Shown here: piece after piece, positions 19,290 through 29,827 of the stretch | How the letters are laid out: every line of letters starts with the position of its first letter | How positions within the stretch are numbered: position 1 is the first letter of the stretch | Virus record (IMG/VR): IMGVR_UViG_2627853916_000003 | Coordinates: 1-64,000 of that record | Source of the DNA: a virus | Taxonomy: Duplodnaviria > Caudoviricetes | Length of the DNA stretch: 64,000 nucleotides | Strand: one strand, 5' to 3' | Notes under the pieces: model-generated | Database searches by the model: none | Seen by the model: only the letters and a program-made list of their open reading frames with translations | What the model was told of the DNA's origin: nothing | Position numbers and translations under genes: made by a program

Positions 19290-22200
19290 TTAGATTTGCG
19301 CTTGGATCATGCTAGTGATGTTGCTTAGAGCGGCATCCATCAACGCCTCGTTCTCTGCCACTTGGTCGTTAGCTTCGAAGTAGGCGTAAGCTTGTTCTAG
19401 TGCGGTTTGGAACTCATCAACCAATTCCGGCGTAGGTTCACCAGTGAAATCTCGGATTTCTTTTAGTTTCTCTACATGTTCCATTTCTTCGTTATTACCC
19501 TCTGTTTCAGATTGAGGCGCCTCACTACTTAGATTGAACGCTTTCACTAATAACGCTTCCATTTCCGCTGTTTCGTCAAATTCACCGATCAAGTCGTCGC
19601 CTTGGTATAGCGCGAACTTGTACTCGCCATCTTTAGCGATTGGGTAAATATCAACGTAGTGTTCGTTTAGCCATGAACGCACGGTTAGCGGAGCGTACAC
19701 GTTCGCTGGTACAGAGCCATTTACTGAATGGATACCCGCCGCAACGCTTGGTTGTACCAATGCGCCTTTTTCGTTGTAGTAGCTATCCGCAGATTGCCAG
19801 CCCTTAATCGTCTCAAGCTGAGCTTTCGCTTTTTCGCTTAAGTCGGTCGCTAGAATGTCGAATAGAACGTCTAGGCTGTCAGTTAGCCCGTCCTCATCTT
19901 TCGCATTAATCGACTTCACTCGGCCTGTTGGGAATGTCACTTCCTGCTTACCAAGTTTTAGCTCTAGGTTGGTAAAGGCTTCTAGCTGCTCAAGCGCTTT
20001 CGCTTCTTCTTCGTCTAGGCTTTCACGGAATGAGTTAACGTCTAGTACGTCATCCTCTGCCTGTTCGCCTTGCTGGTGAATTTCAGTTAGAGACGCGAGC
20101 TCTACCACTTTGCGCTCTTTACCAAAATCGAAGTCCACGGTTAGGCGGCCACCAAAGAAATTGCGATCGTAGTAATCGGTCATTGTGTCGCTGTTGTTGT
20201 AGTCGTATTGGCCTACATAAGCGTTAACGAACTCGATCAGCTGATCTACTGCTTCGGTATAACGGCTCATTCCGTGTGGCGTAGTCGAGTTAGGGTTATC
20301 AATCTCGAACTGTAGGTAAGCGGGATTGTAGAGCATGACGTTTCTTGGCAAGTCGGTCAGCGTTAGGTCTAGTGTGCCGTAGCGAGGCTTGCGCACTGAG
20401 ATTTTAACGTCATTGCTGATTTTGCCAGCTTTCTTAAGTTGAGCGATAAAGGCGCGGATTCGCTTAGCGATTTCACCCGTATCTCGAATGCCCTCTTTCT
20501 CGTAGATTGAGCCAAATGAATATTGAGTTGGGTCTAGCGCGAGAAGTTGTTTTTCTTCCTCGGACGCACCCTTATTCACTTCATCTGCTGTGTCAGATTC
20601 TACGGCGTTCTTAGCACCCAATAGCTCAAGCAGTTTGTTTGCACCGTCAACCGTTAGGTAGCTGCGAGAATTGGTGTTAGCGATAAAGCGTAGCTCTTTA
20701 CCCTTGCTCGATTTTGCAGAGAAGAAACTGTAGCCAAATGTGTTTTCCATTTGGTTCTCTTGTTCTTCGGTTAGCGCAATACCGTTAACCTTGCCGTCAT
20801 CGTCCACCTTGGCCAGTAGCTTGTCGGCGTTCTCGCGTAGTGTTGGGCGCGAGTGAAGCGAACCTGAGCCGTTAATGGCCAATGTTGAATACAATGATTC
20901 AAAGCCGTTGATTGTGGTGAACATGGCCGGACTGACAGGCTCTAGTGGTGCGCTGTATTCCGTCTCTGCAATTTGCTCAAGCGTTTTGCCGTCCTTAAGC
21001 ATGTTAAAGATTGCAATAGTGCTTTCTTTCACTGCTTGGTCGTTTAGTTGAGTCGCTTTTTGCTGCGCTGCTGCACCCTCTAGGCCAGTTTCCAGCACCT
21101 TGCCTGTGTACGTGTCGATAACGCTAAAGTCAGCTTGGCCAATAGTGCCTACTGGTGCGTAGCGCTTCTCGCGTGTCGCCTTGAATTGGCCTTTGTGGTT
21201 CAAGTCAGGCAATGCAGCAAGGCTAGGGAAGCCACGGCTTTCGTATTCCGCTTCGATAGCTTTTGTGTACCACAATGGCATGACTGAGTTATGGATAGCG
21301 CGCGCCATCTGTTCGTTGTCGATCTGCTCATCGTTATCCAAGTATCTAAAGCCATGAACAGCTAGGATGTCTTGGTTAGTTACACTCGCCATTGCGTAGT
21401 GCTGAGCAAAGAGCTCATCTGAACTTAGTTCGGATAGGTCAGGGTAGCTACCGTCATCGATCGCCTTAATGAAGCGCTCAACTTTTTGGTAGTCCTCGCC
21501 TTGGTCTGCCATTGCTGGAATGACGGTTTCACCTTTTGCCTTGGTGTAAGCTACGTCACCCTCATGGTAAACCGTTGTTGCGCTAAACGCTTTTTCTACG
21601 TCATCCAGTGCCAACGCTTCGCCGTTCTCAAACTTCTCGTATAGGTCGCCACGTAGCGCGCGTAGGTCGAACATTTTCGCCGTTGCGCTAAAGAATCCGT
21701 CACGGTAGTTCAAGATAGCTTGCAGTAGGTCAGCACGTTTCGCACGGCGGTTAAATGGGATGCGATGAGCCGTTAGGAAATCAGTGATCTCTTTACGGTT
21801 CTTAAACTGCGCTTCCAATGACGCTAGGGTTTCACCTTGTAGTGATTCCACTAGGTGCGCTTGCTCTGAAATGCGCTTAGCTTGGTCATCCACTTTCTCG
21901 CCACGTTTTAGCGTTTTGCCAGTGCCTAGCGTTAGGTCAGCCAGCATAACGAGACGTTTGCGATCGCTTGGGCTCACTGACTGCATATCCTTAAGTTTAG
22001 ATAGGGCAGTTTCTTGGAAGCGCATGCGGCCTTGCGTGTGTTCTGCTTGGCGTTGTAATTCAGCATCGCTTTGAACCAGCATTAGGTCTTCGGCAATCTC
22101 TTGAATCATTTCCGGTGTCACAAGGTCAATCGATGCGCTCCATAGCTTGTACGCTTTTGGATTTTCCTTGCGGTTCTTCATTTCCGGTTGCTGGCGTAGC

Positions 22201-24083
22201 TGCTTAGCGAACGCTGCTTTGAAGCTCACTTGTTTTAGGGTATCGAGCGTAGACTGAGGAATTTCATCAACGCCTTTGTCCTCAACCCATTGGTCTAGCG
22301 CTTCGGTTGCGATGCGCTCCGCTTCCTCTAGGTCGCCCTCAACCTTGCCAAATAGCGGCTCTAGGTCAAAGTTGCTTACTAGCTCTGGTGGCAGTTTTTG
22401 GTCATAAGCGATCGCGCCGTGGCGAATGCCACTACCAGCGTCAGCGAATTGCTCTTTAGCCAATTCTGGATCGAGGTACTTAACCACTTGATGTTGTGGC
22501 GGCGTTGTAGCAAAGCCATAAGGGCGTAGACGTAGGCCATACCAGAATAGGTTAGCTGTGGTTTCGTCTTTGTCTTGGTCGTTCGCGTTTGGCTCGTCGT
22601 TCTCAATTGGTTGCGGTTCTTCGTTGCTGTCATCGGTATCTTGAAGCAATTTAGATTCACGGTCGTAGTCAGCCAGAATAAGCGATTTAGCTGCTTCCCA
22701 ACCTTGTAGATCGTCGCCACCAGCAAGCGGTGAACCCTCGCCGTAAGTGACAGCCAAGGTTTGGTTATCACGCGCATGGATCATGTACTGGCCAAAGCTA
22801 TCATCGTCGTTCGCGTCAGGCGATTCGAAGTAGACAAACGGCTCGCTATCTTCGCCTTTATCCATCTTCCAGCCCTTAGCAATGGTCTTGCGGCCAATAA
22901 GAGCCAATAGCCATTCTTTGCGCTCGATATTCGCTTTTCGCTCGCGTTCTTCGTCTGACAACTGAGGAAAATCGTTTTCAATTGAATCACGGATGTATTC
23001 TTTAGCCTCGGCAAGCTCTGATACCGTCATAGCGCCTTTATCGAGCTCATAAATCGCATCATTGATGTACGACTCTGAATACGTGCTAGGAACGTTTTGA
23101 TTTGCTGCGCCCGCAAACTCTAATGAGTCTTTAAACTCTTGGCTTAGCTGCTTAACAAAGGCATCGAGATCGCCATTGAAAGCACGGTCAATGATGAAGT
23201 CGCGTTTCTCTTGCTTAGTCCATGAAGCGTCCCATTGCTCGATCACTTGAGACGGACTGCCACCAGCGTCCACATTGGTCGCTGCTGTATTTGCTGCTGG
23301 CTTGATGGCAGCAAGCTGTTTGCGTAGTTCTTCTTGGATTTCGTTTTGCGTAGCAATCTGAGTTTTTAGGCGTTTCTCTTTCTTGGCCAGCTCATCAAGT
23401 TTCTGCTCCAAGTCTGTTGTTTCTTCGCCTAGCTGAGCGGCTTGCTCATCGAGCTCTTGTGCCTTTTGTTGCGCTTCTTCCAGTGCTTTTGCGTCAGCGT
23501 CTTTCTTGGCCTTACCGGCGACAAATTTCTCGCTGTTGTTCTCAAGCAATTGCGCTAGCTTGTCGGTCACTTCCTTAAGAGACAAATCCATGTTGCCTTT
23601 TGGCGCGACTACGTGAGTAATATCGCGCGAGTTCATTAGGAAGCGGAACGCGATTAGCGTGTCATCTGGATTGATTTTTAGCGGATCGTTATCCGGCGCA
23701 TGGAACGCAATAGAAATGCTCTGGCCATCCGAGAATGGGATTTTCACCATTTGAACAGCGACCGCACCAGATTTACGCGGTTTACCCACTTCTACAGCTT
23801 CTACTGATAGCGTTGGCGTTTTACGTTCCAAGTGCTTACCAAATTGCTGAGCACGAAACTCAAGCTTTGACGCTTTTGATTTGAACGCCTCTAGCATCAT
23901 TTGAGGCACTGGTTTGCACTGGTATAGGTAAGTGTTTTCCAAATCCTCAAGCGATAGTGCTTCTAGGATTTGGTCGGCGTTTTCACCTTGCAGTACCGCT
24001 TCGATTTGCTCCGGTGTTAGCGTTTTAGCTAGATGGTCGATGCGATCCACAATCTTGATTTGATTTTGACTGGTAAACATCAT
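19290..24083 (-). CDS. darA: DarA-like polyvalent internal head protein (1597 aa)
   Basis: DarA N domain (FSDGQSISIAFHAP...DITHVVAP), DarA C-like YGLRLRP...RHGAIAY, additional domains. Confidence 0.88.
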   Translation of the reverse strand: MMFTSQNQIKIVDRIDHLAKTLTPEQIEAVLQGENADQILEALSLEDLENTYLYQCKPVPQMMLEAFKSKASKLEFRAQQFGKHLERKTPTLSVEAVEVGKPRKSGAVAVQMVKIPFSDGQSISIAFHAPDNDPLKINPDDTLIAFRFLMNSRDITHVVAPKGNMDLSLKEVTDKLAQLLENNSEKFVAGKAKKDADAKALEEAQQKAQELDEQAAQLGEETTDLEQKLDELAKKEKRLKTQIATQNEIQEELRKQLAAIKPAANTAATNVDAGGSPSQVIEQWDASWTKQEKRDFIIDRAFNGDLDAFVKQLSQEFKDSLEFAGAANQNVPSTYSESYINDAIYELDKGAMTVSELAEAKEYIRDSIENDFPQLSDEERERKANIERKEWLLALIGRKTIAKGWKMDKGEDSEPFVYFESPDANDDDSFGQYMIHARDNQTLAVTYGEGSPLAGGDDLQGWEAAKSLILADYDRESKLLQDTDDSNEEPQPIENDEPNANDQDKDETTANLFWYGLRLRPYGFATTPPQHQVVKYLDPELAKEQFADAGSGIRHGAIAYDQKLPPELVSNFDLEPLFGKVEGDLEEAERIATEALDQWVEDKGVDEIPQSTLDTLKQVSFKAAFAKQLRQQPEMKNRKENPKAYKLWSASIDLVTPEMIQEIAEDLMLVQSDAELQRQAEHTQGRMRFQETALSKLKDMQSVSPSDRKRLVMLADLTLGTGKTLKRGEKVDDQAKRISEQAHLVESLQGETLASLEAQFKNRKEITDFLTAHRIPFNRRAKRADLLQAILNYRDGFFSATAKMFDLRALRGDLYEKFENGEALALDDVEKAFSATTVYHEGDVAYTKAKGETVIPAMADQGEDYQKVERFIKAIDDGSYPDLSELSSDELFAQHYAMASVTNQDILAVHGFRYLDNDEQIDNEQMARAIHNSVMPLWYTKAIEAEYESRGFPSLAALPDLNHKGQFKATREKRYAPVGTIGQADFSVIDTYTGKVLETGLEGAAAQQKATQLNDQAVKESTIAIFNMLKDGKTLEQIAETEYSAPLEPVSPAMFTTINGFESLYSTLAINGSGSLHSRPTLRENADKLLAKVDDDGKVNGIALTEEQENQMENTFGYSFFSAKSSKGKELRFIANTNSRSYLTVDGANKLLELLGAKNAVESDTADEVNKGASEEEKQLLALDPTQYSFGSIYEKEGIRDTGEIAKRIRAFIAQLKKAGKISNDVKISVRKPRYGTLDLTLTDLPRNVMLYNPAYLQFEIDNPNSTTPHGMSRYTEAVDQLIEFVNAYVGQYDYNNSDTMTDYYDRNFFGGRLTVDFDFGKERKVVELASLTEIHQQGEQAEDDVLDVNSFRESLDEEEAKALEQLEAFTNLELKLGKQEVTFPTGRVKSINAKDEDGLTDSLDVLFDILATDLSEKAKAQLETIKGWQSADSYYNEKGALVQPSVAAGIHSVNGSVPANVYAPLTVRSWLNEHYVDIYPIAKDGEYKFALYQGDDLIGEFDETAEMEALLVKAFNLSSEAPQSETEGNNEEMEHVEKLKEIRDFTGEPTPELVDEFQTALEQAYAYFEANDQVAENEALMDAALSNITSMIQAQI

Positions 24084-24712
24084 TCTTTGGCCGCCTCTAA
24101 TTGCGCTTCAAGTTCCTTGGTTTCTTGCTTCTCTTGCTCTAATGCAGCTTCAAGATCGGCTACACGGCGTTGGTCTTCTTCCAACTTCGTGCGAACACTG
24201 TCCCGAGCGGCTAGGGCGTTGGTGTAATTGGATTGTGCAACCTGTTCGGCTGCCTTGGCTTCTTCCAATCGCTTAGCAATAGAACGTGTGGCTGGTTGAA
24301 TGTCTGAGGTGTCTTTAACGGCCTGTGCCGCTTTGCGAGCAACTTGCTTGTCAAACTTGCTTTGGTTGCGCTCCATTAGGCGAACCATTTCACGCGCAAG
24401 CTCGCGCTCATTCTTCACGCTTGGGATAGGCTGTTTCGTGTTGTTCAGTGTCATTTGGTAAATGTCACCCTCATCACCCACAAACAGCGTCATGGACTGG
24501 CCATTATCAAAGAATAGTTTGGCGCGTTTTACTGTCTCGCCGTCACGCTTCGTTTTCTTGTTGGAAGCTTCTACGTCCGTAACAGTCGCACCAGCTTGTT
24601 TTAACGCAGTGATCAGACTCTTAAGGCCGCGTTCGGTCACGTTGTCAAAATCGACCACCACATAGTTGTGCGACTGGTCTAGTGCAAACTTGCTGTTGTT
24701 ACGCAATTTCAA
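24080..24712 (-). CDS. hdf: Hdf-like protein
   Basis: VVVDFDNVTERGLKSLI; position between lydB and darA. Confidence 0.8.
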   Translation of the reverse strand: MKLRNNSKFALDQSHNYVVVDFDNVTERGLKSLITALKQAGATVTDVEASNKKTKRDGETVKRAKLFFDNGQSMTLFVGDEGDIYQMTLNNTKQPIPSVKNERELAREMVRLMERNQSKFDKQVARKAAQAVKDTSDIQPATRSIAKRLEEAKAAEQVAQSNYTNALAARDSVRTKLEEDQRRVADLEAALEQEKQETKELEAQLEAAKE

Positions 24713-25112
24713 ATTCCTCTGAATATGTCGTACAGGTAGGGAAGATTTTGTATAGCGGATTGATTAGGGAACAGGAGCGCTCAATCTTCACGTCCAGAAT
24801 CCACTCGCCATGTAGCTTTTCCCCTGCTTCACGTTCAAGCAACTTGCGGTCGAACGTTAGGTATTCGCTGTTATTTCCGGCGTGTGAAAAGTCGAGTTTA
24901 CGTGTGCGAGTAATGACGGCCTTTGGTCGTTTCTTACTTCGCAACGAATAGGTTAGTGTCCCATTCGTAATAGCTCGTTTGGATTGATAACCAAGAACGA
25001 ATCGAATCACTTCGGGATCGTCCATCTGGTTTGCATGCAGTATTTTTACTGCGTTTCGTTTAAGCAAAAATCGGTCAGCAATGGCTAGGCCAATCACTGC
25101 AAATTCCATCAT
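24699..25112 (-). CDS. lydB: LydB-like antiholin
   Basis: Synteny; SLINPLYKIFP motif. Confidence 0.7.
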   Translation of the reverse strand: MMEFAVIGLAIADRFLLKRNAVKILHANQMDDPEVIRFVLGYQSKRAITNGTLTYSLRSKKRPKAVITRTRKLDFSHAGNNSEYLTFDRKLLEREAGEKLHGEWILDVKIERSCSLINPLYKIFPTCTTYSEEFEIA

Positions 25113-25432
25113 TTGCTTTGCCCTCCGGTATTAAAGAATCTCGCTAACGTGTGGCTAGCTAGTTTGCGGATAAAGTTTATTGAGTCTGCTCCGTTGTTTG
25201 ACGCGATGAGGACAAGCGCACTGGTGTAACCAGCCTCCACACCCTCACTGTCACACAAGTAAGCGACTATCAAACCGACCACTAACGCCAGCGTTAGCTC
25301 GGTTAAAAAGTCAAGGAATCCACCAGCCAAACGTTGCTCGCGTATGCCTTGGAGATATGACCCAACACCACTGAGGACGGATAGAGCCAGAACGCTAATA
25401 GCAAAGCTCTCACCAACAACTGATACTGGCAT
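25109..25432 (-). CDS. lydA: LydA-like holin
   Basis: Hydrophobic helices, LIASNNG motif. Confidence 0.8.
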   Translation of the reverse strand: MPVSVVGESFAISVLALSVLSGVGSYLQGIREQRLAGGFLDFLTELTLALVVGLIVAYLCDSEGVEAGYTSALVLIASNNGADSINFIRKLASHTLARFFNTGGQSK

Positions 25433-25572
25433 TAAATCCCCCTTTTATATGTGTCCTGCAAAGTGTATTCGGAATGGTAGCAATTGCTCAATAGACGGGC
25501 GTTACTTACTTTTTAAAGGCTATAAAATAGGGCTGGTTTTTGGGAAAAAGAGATTTATCAATGGTCTATGTA

Positions 25573-25688
25573 AAGAAAAACCTCTCACCCAACGAGTGAG
25601 TGAGAGGCAAATCCAACCGTTTTGTCGCGCGGCAACGCGAACAAAACATTCCACGAGGAAACAATGAGGTGAAATCTATATTTGAGAG
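25573..25688 (-). ncRNA. Putative ~115-nt sRNA
   Basis: TTGATG-N16-TATAAT promoter (25722-25695), internal hairpin, terminator CCTCTCAC...GTGAGAGGTTTTT. Confidence 0.5.
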
Positions 25689-25732
25689 ATTTGGATTATA
25701 GCCAATTTCGTTTTCGCATCAATATGCGTCAA

Positions 25733-25875
25733 TGTTCTCGCATGCGAAAACTATACAGAACGAAATGCTTTAAAGTTCTCGCATGCGAGAACTATATGGA
25801 ACGGGATGCTTTAAAGTTCTCGCATGCGAGAACTATATGGAACGGGATGCTTTAAAGTTCTCGCATGCGAAAACT
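25733..25875. repeat. parS-like 4-copy array (41-bp period)
   Basis: Copies at 25733, 25774, 25815, 25856. Confidence 0.9.
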
Positions 25876-25915
25876 TTTGCAAGAAAAAAGGGACAACGAA
25901 TTGCCCCTTTGATTG

Positions 25916-28540
25916 CTATGGCTTGATGTAGCGGATAGCGAAGTGCGAACCCTCAATCGAAGTCGAAGCACCCCAATCGAGGAATTGCAGTGTGTCACCA
26001 GCGTTTAGTTTACCAACCCAACGAACGTTAACTGGCGTACAGTCGTAGTCGTTCGACAAGCCTTGTGTTTGAGCAAGAATGGTAGATTTGCCTTTTGAGA
26101 TGGCCGCTTTACACACAGAGTCACTACCATGACTACGGCGCATCGCTGTCCATTCCAGTTCGTAGTAACCAGAAACTTTAATTTTAAAGCCATCTGCCGC
26201 ACTAACCAGATCGACTAGATTGAATGGATCTTGATATTTACCCGTCCAATCTTTGTATGCCCAATTAATGCTACTTAAAGATAATGTACCAGCCGCAGCG
26301 CGATTACCGTTATGGCCTACAGCCACCTCACCACAACGGTTCAATGCGGCAACTTTAGAGTCAACGTAATCCTTGCGCGTTAATGCGTTACTAGCCTGGC
26401 TTTGAGGCGAGCCAGCAAACACATTACCACCATATATCTCTGCGTAGTTGCTTCTACGGTTAGTGTAGAACCTCATTCGACCGTCAGAGTTAGAAAGAAT
26501 CTGAATACCAGCACGAATGTTAGTTGCATCATAGTAAGAAGCTAAAGCCCAATGAGCGCCTGAGCTATCACTACAACGGAGGTTACAAGCAGCTATACCA
26601 TTACCACCCCATGTGCCGTCATAGAAGTCCTTATTTACTTTTGCTGTCTTGTTTTGGTTATTCCAATCGCCAACAGTAAAGTAACCATCGGTACGAACTA
26701 CACCAACGTTACCAAAGTAAACACCAGAACTAAATTGACCACTAGGATTCAAGCGTAACCAAGAATCACCCTTAATTGCTTCTTTACCAGCTACCTTAAT
26801 ACCTACATCACTATGTACGTTAATACCCTTAACAAACTCAAAATGACTGTAAGAGTAAAAACCGCTTGAGGCTTCTGTCTCCATGTGACAGTAGGATGTG
26901 TTGCGTGAACCAATCCAAGTTTTCTTTGTAGAGTAATTGAGTTCTAAACCCTTTCCATCAACAGAGTTAATTGCCCCTAAGTCTTTATTGTAAGAGGTAT
27001 AGCTAGTAACCATTTGCCCTTTGACAATACCCGCTGGCTCAGTTGCACCTTTGTTGCTAACGGATGGCGTAATGGCGTGACTACACATGTATCGAATGAG
27101 GATGTTCACGCTGTAAGCACTGCGTGTTTTCACATAGATTGCGTAATTGTCACCACTAGTATTCACCCAACCAAACTCACTAAATGGCAAGCCGCTAGGA
27201 TGATCTGTGATTACTTGGCCATTTAGACCTTTAGGGCTGCTATTACTGGCTCGCAGAATCATTTGGTGTCTTGACGATTGGTAGTGCAAGTTGACGTTAA
27301 AGCCAGCACCACCAAAGAACTCAATAACCGCAGTAGAGCTTGATTGAGGCAGTGTTACGTTGGCAACCAAACACCAAGAGTTGTCACTACCTAAAGAAGC
27401 GCTCACAACCTCAGTACGGTTGAATGCTTCGGTAATCACCTTATGCCCTTGGATTTCAATAGGCACATTACTGGTCACTTTGCTCTTATTTAAGATCAGG
27501 TTTGCAGCCGTTGAGTTGTGCGCACCACCTACACCAATTTTTACCTCGGCTTTGTCATCGGTTGAGCCGTTAGTGATATACAGAATTTGGCGATTACCAA
27601 TCAAACCATAACCATCTAGTTTTACGCGGTCGGTTGTTGGGACGGCATTGCCAGCTCTTGTACCTTGCACTTCAACACTACGGTTAGAAGATAGCGACTC
27701 TGTTGTGCTTAGTGAGCCGTATAGCGTTGTTTCACCACCTTTGCGGATCTTCAATCGACTTGAAACGTCACTCTCTACAATGTCAAATGAGCCATCGGTT
27801 TTCGTTTCCATGTGGAATCGCTTACCTGTATGGCCTAAGTGAAGTTGTGAGACGCTACTTGCGCCCTCATCGATGAGTAGGCCGCCAGTCAATGTACCGC
27901 CTGACAGTTTTAGGTAGCGGCCATCGGCTTGTGCTTGTGTCATCTTCGACGCTGCAAGGTCATACGCTTTCTTAACTGCACCTGCCGCCGCAAACTTCAC
28001 GTCACTGGCATCGTTAACCGCCGCTGTGAATGCGTAGTTAGGTACGTTGGATAAGCCAACTTGAGCTTTTGTAACCTTGTGTGGGTTTGATGTGTCGGAT
28101 TTGTGTTGAGCGATATTGGTTGTAATAGCTGCTACCGCATCACCTTGATCCATTAACGCATCACCTAGCTCTTTGATTGTGTCGAGCGCTTCTGCTGGCG
28201 CACCACCAATCAAAGTGCTGATACGGTCGTCGGTGTGCTTGTTCGCGTTTGTCTCTGCTTGCTCTGCACGGTCATAAGCAGCGTTACCGCGATTTAAACC
28301 CTCAACGCCTTTGTCGTATGCCTGTTTAACAGCACCAGCGGTCGCAAGTTTGCTGTTGGATGTATCCGATACCGAGCTGGTGGCCGGATAGTTTGGTACG
28401 TTACCTAAGCCTACTTGCGCCTTTGTGACTCCGTGCGGGTTTGTTTTCTTGCTAGCATGCTCATCAACTTTCGTAGCGATTTCTTCACGAATTTTGCGAG
28501 CCGGACTACCACCAACCTGAGTCAATTTATTTAATGCCAT
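25916..28540 (-). CDS. Tail fibre, distal receptor-binding protein
   Basis: NPHxVTKAQVGLxNVPNY repeats, ADGRYLKLSGGTLTG, variable C-terminus. Confidence 0.9.
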   Translation of the reverse strand: MALNKLTQVGGSPARKIREEIATKVDEHASKKTNPHGVTKAQVGLGNVPNYPATSSVSDTSNSKLATAGAVKQAYDKGVEGLNRGNAAYDRAEQAETNANKHTDDRISTLIGGAPAEALDTIKELGDALMDQGDAVAAITTNIAQHKSDTSNPHKVTKAQVGLSNVPNYAFTAAVNDASDVKFAAAGAVKKAYDLAASKMTQAQADGRYLKLSGGTLTGGLLIDEGASSVSQLHLGHTGKRFHMETKTDGSFDIVESDVSSRLKIRKGGETTLYGSLSTTESLSSNRSVEVQGTRAGNAVPTTDRVKLDGYGLIGNRQILYITNGSTDDKAEVKIGVGGAHNSTAANLILNKSKVTSNVPIEIQGHKVITEAFNRTEVVSASLGSDNSWCLVANVTLPQSSSTAVIEFFGGAGFNVNLHYQSSRHQMILRASNSSPKGLNGQVITDHPSGLPFSEFGWVNTSGDNYAIYVKTRSAYSVNILIRYMCSHAITPSVSNKGATEPAGIVKGQMVTSYTSYNKDLGAINSVDGKGLELNYSTKKTWIGSRNTSYCHMETEASSGFYSYSHFEFVKGINVHSDVGIKVAGKEAIKGDSWLRLNPSGQFSSGVYFGNVGVVRTDGYFTVGDWNNQNKTAKVNKDFYDGTWGGNGIAACNLRCSDSSGAHWALASYYDATNIRAGIQILSNSDGRMRFYTNRRSNYAEIYGGNVFAGSPQSQASNALTRKDYVDSKVAALNRCGEVAVGHNGNRAAAGTLSLSSINWAYKDWTGKYQDPFNLVDLVSAADGFKIKVSGYYELEWTAMRRSHGSDSVCKAAISKGKSTILAQTQGLSNDYDCTPVNVRWVGKLNAGDTLQFLDWGASTSIEGSHFAIRYIKP

Positions 28541-28636
28541 TCAGAAATATGCCTTTCTCAATTCATTGACTAGCAACTCCGACAAAGCGCCGGAGCCACG
28601 TTGTTAGTGGGGAAGTAGGAAAGGAAAGGGCATGGC

Positions 28637-29755
28637 TTATTTGAAGCCGATAACAGTCACAATGTCGCCAGCTTGTAGCTGCTCACCGAACGTAATTGTG
28701 TTGCCAGATAGATTCCATACACCTGCGTTTTGCATTACACCGCATACGCTTAGAACAAGAACGGCAGTGATAGTACCTGCTGGCAGAGTGACGGTAGTTG
28801 ATGCCGCTTCGACGGTAATATCGACAGTGCGGATCGCGTCTTTGATTGAGGTTGCTACGCTTGCTTTGGTCGCGTATTTGCCGTCAGATTCCGCTTTGGT
28901 GTATGACGAGCCACTTGCAGCAAGGCCGCTACGCGCTTCTGAAATGATTTGCGCTTTTGTCGCGTTCTCAAGTTTCGCTGCGTTAGCGGCAGTTTCGCCA
29001 GCACCTAGCGCGCCCACGTCTTCTGCTGTTAGCGCGATGTTTTGGCTTAGCGCGTGACCGTTGATAGTGCGAGTCTTTGGTACTGCATTCACAACACGAG
29101 AGTCGTTACCCTCCATCACTGTGCCAGCGGCATTACCAAAGTTTTTGTTGAACGCTGTGTTTTTGCTAAACGCTGGCTCTGCGCCTACGTCTGTAGCTTC
29201 AAGCACTACGTTACCGCGCTGGCCGTTAACAGATGAAACCGCATCGGTAGGTGTTAACAGCTCTTGCCAGTTCGCCAGTGTGCTTGCTGGTTGGCGCATA
29301 AGAACGAATGATTTACGCAGATCCGAACGGATTGCCATATCACCCTCTTGTGCCACCAGCGCAAGCATTTCCGCTTCTGACTTAACAGGGAACGTTTCTT
29401 TGATAGCGATAGCTGGCAATTGACCTTGTGGGATCTTACCTGTGCTATCTAGCGTAGCCACACCCTCTGCAACGCCTTTCTTGTTGTTCGGGATGTAGTC
29501 GTGAGTGTGGCTTACTGGCGCTGCGCCAACGTCAGTATGAGTCAGAGTCACATCACCTGTTAGTGGCTTGTTGTTGATAGTGCGAGAGGTAGGAACAAGG
29601 TTCGCGCGCGCTTCACTAACAACTTGAGCCTTAGTTTTGCCCTCAAGTTTTGATGCGTCTGCCGCGCGAGCGCCTACTGGCAATGCGCCAACGTCTTGTG
29701 CTGTTAAGTCAGAAACGAGGCGGTTAATGCGAGTTAATTTGTTTTGTGTAGCCAT
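28637..29755 (-). CDS. Tail fibre protein (middle)
   Basis: RTINxxxL...LTxxDVGA fibre repeats. Confidence 0.85.
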   Translation of the reverse strand: MATQNKLTRINRLVSDLTAQDVGALPVGARAADASKLEGKTKAQVVSEARANLVPTSRTINNKPLTGDVTLTHTDVGAAPVSHTHDYIPNNKKGVAEGVATLDSTGKIPQGQLPAIAIKETFPVKSEAEMLALVAQEGDMAIRSDLRKSFVLMRQPASTLANWQELLTPTDAVSSVNGQRGNVVLEATDVGAEPAFSKNTAFNKNFGNAAGTVMEGNDSRVVNAVPKTRTINGHALSQNIALTAEDVGALGAGETAANAAKLENATKAQIISEARSGLAASGSSYTKAESDGKYATKASVATSIKDAIRTVDITVEAASTTVTLPAGTITAVLVLSVCGVMQNAGVWNLSGNTITFGEQLQAGDIVTVIGFK

Positions 29756-29827
29756 AAAAGATCCAATTTATTTATTAGTTAAAAAGGGCATTTATGGGGA
29801 ATAGGTTTTGGGGAATGTAGAAACTGA

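Noticed and set aside
25916-28540. Diversity-generating retroelement or invertible segment at the fibre
   Set aside because: No reverse transcriptase, template repeat, invertase or duplicated inverted tip seen in the window
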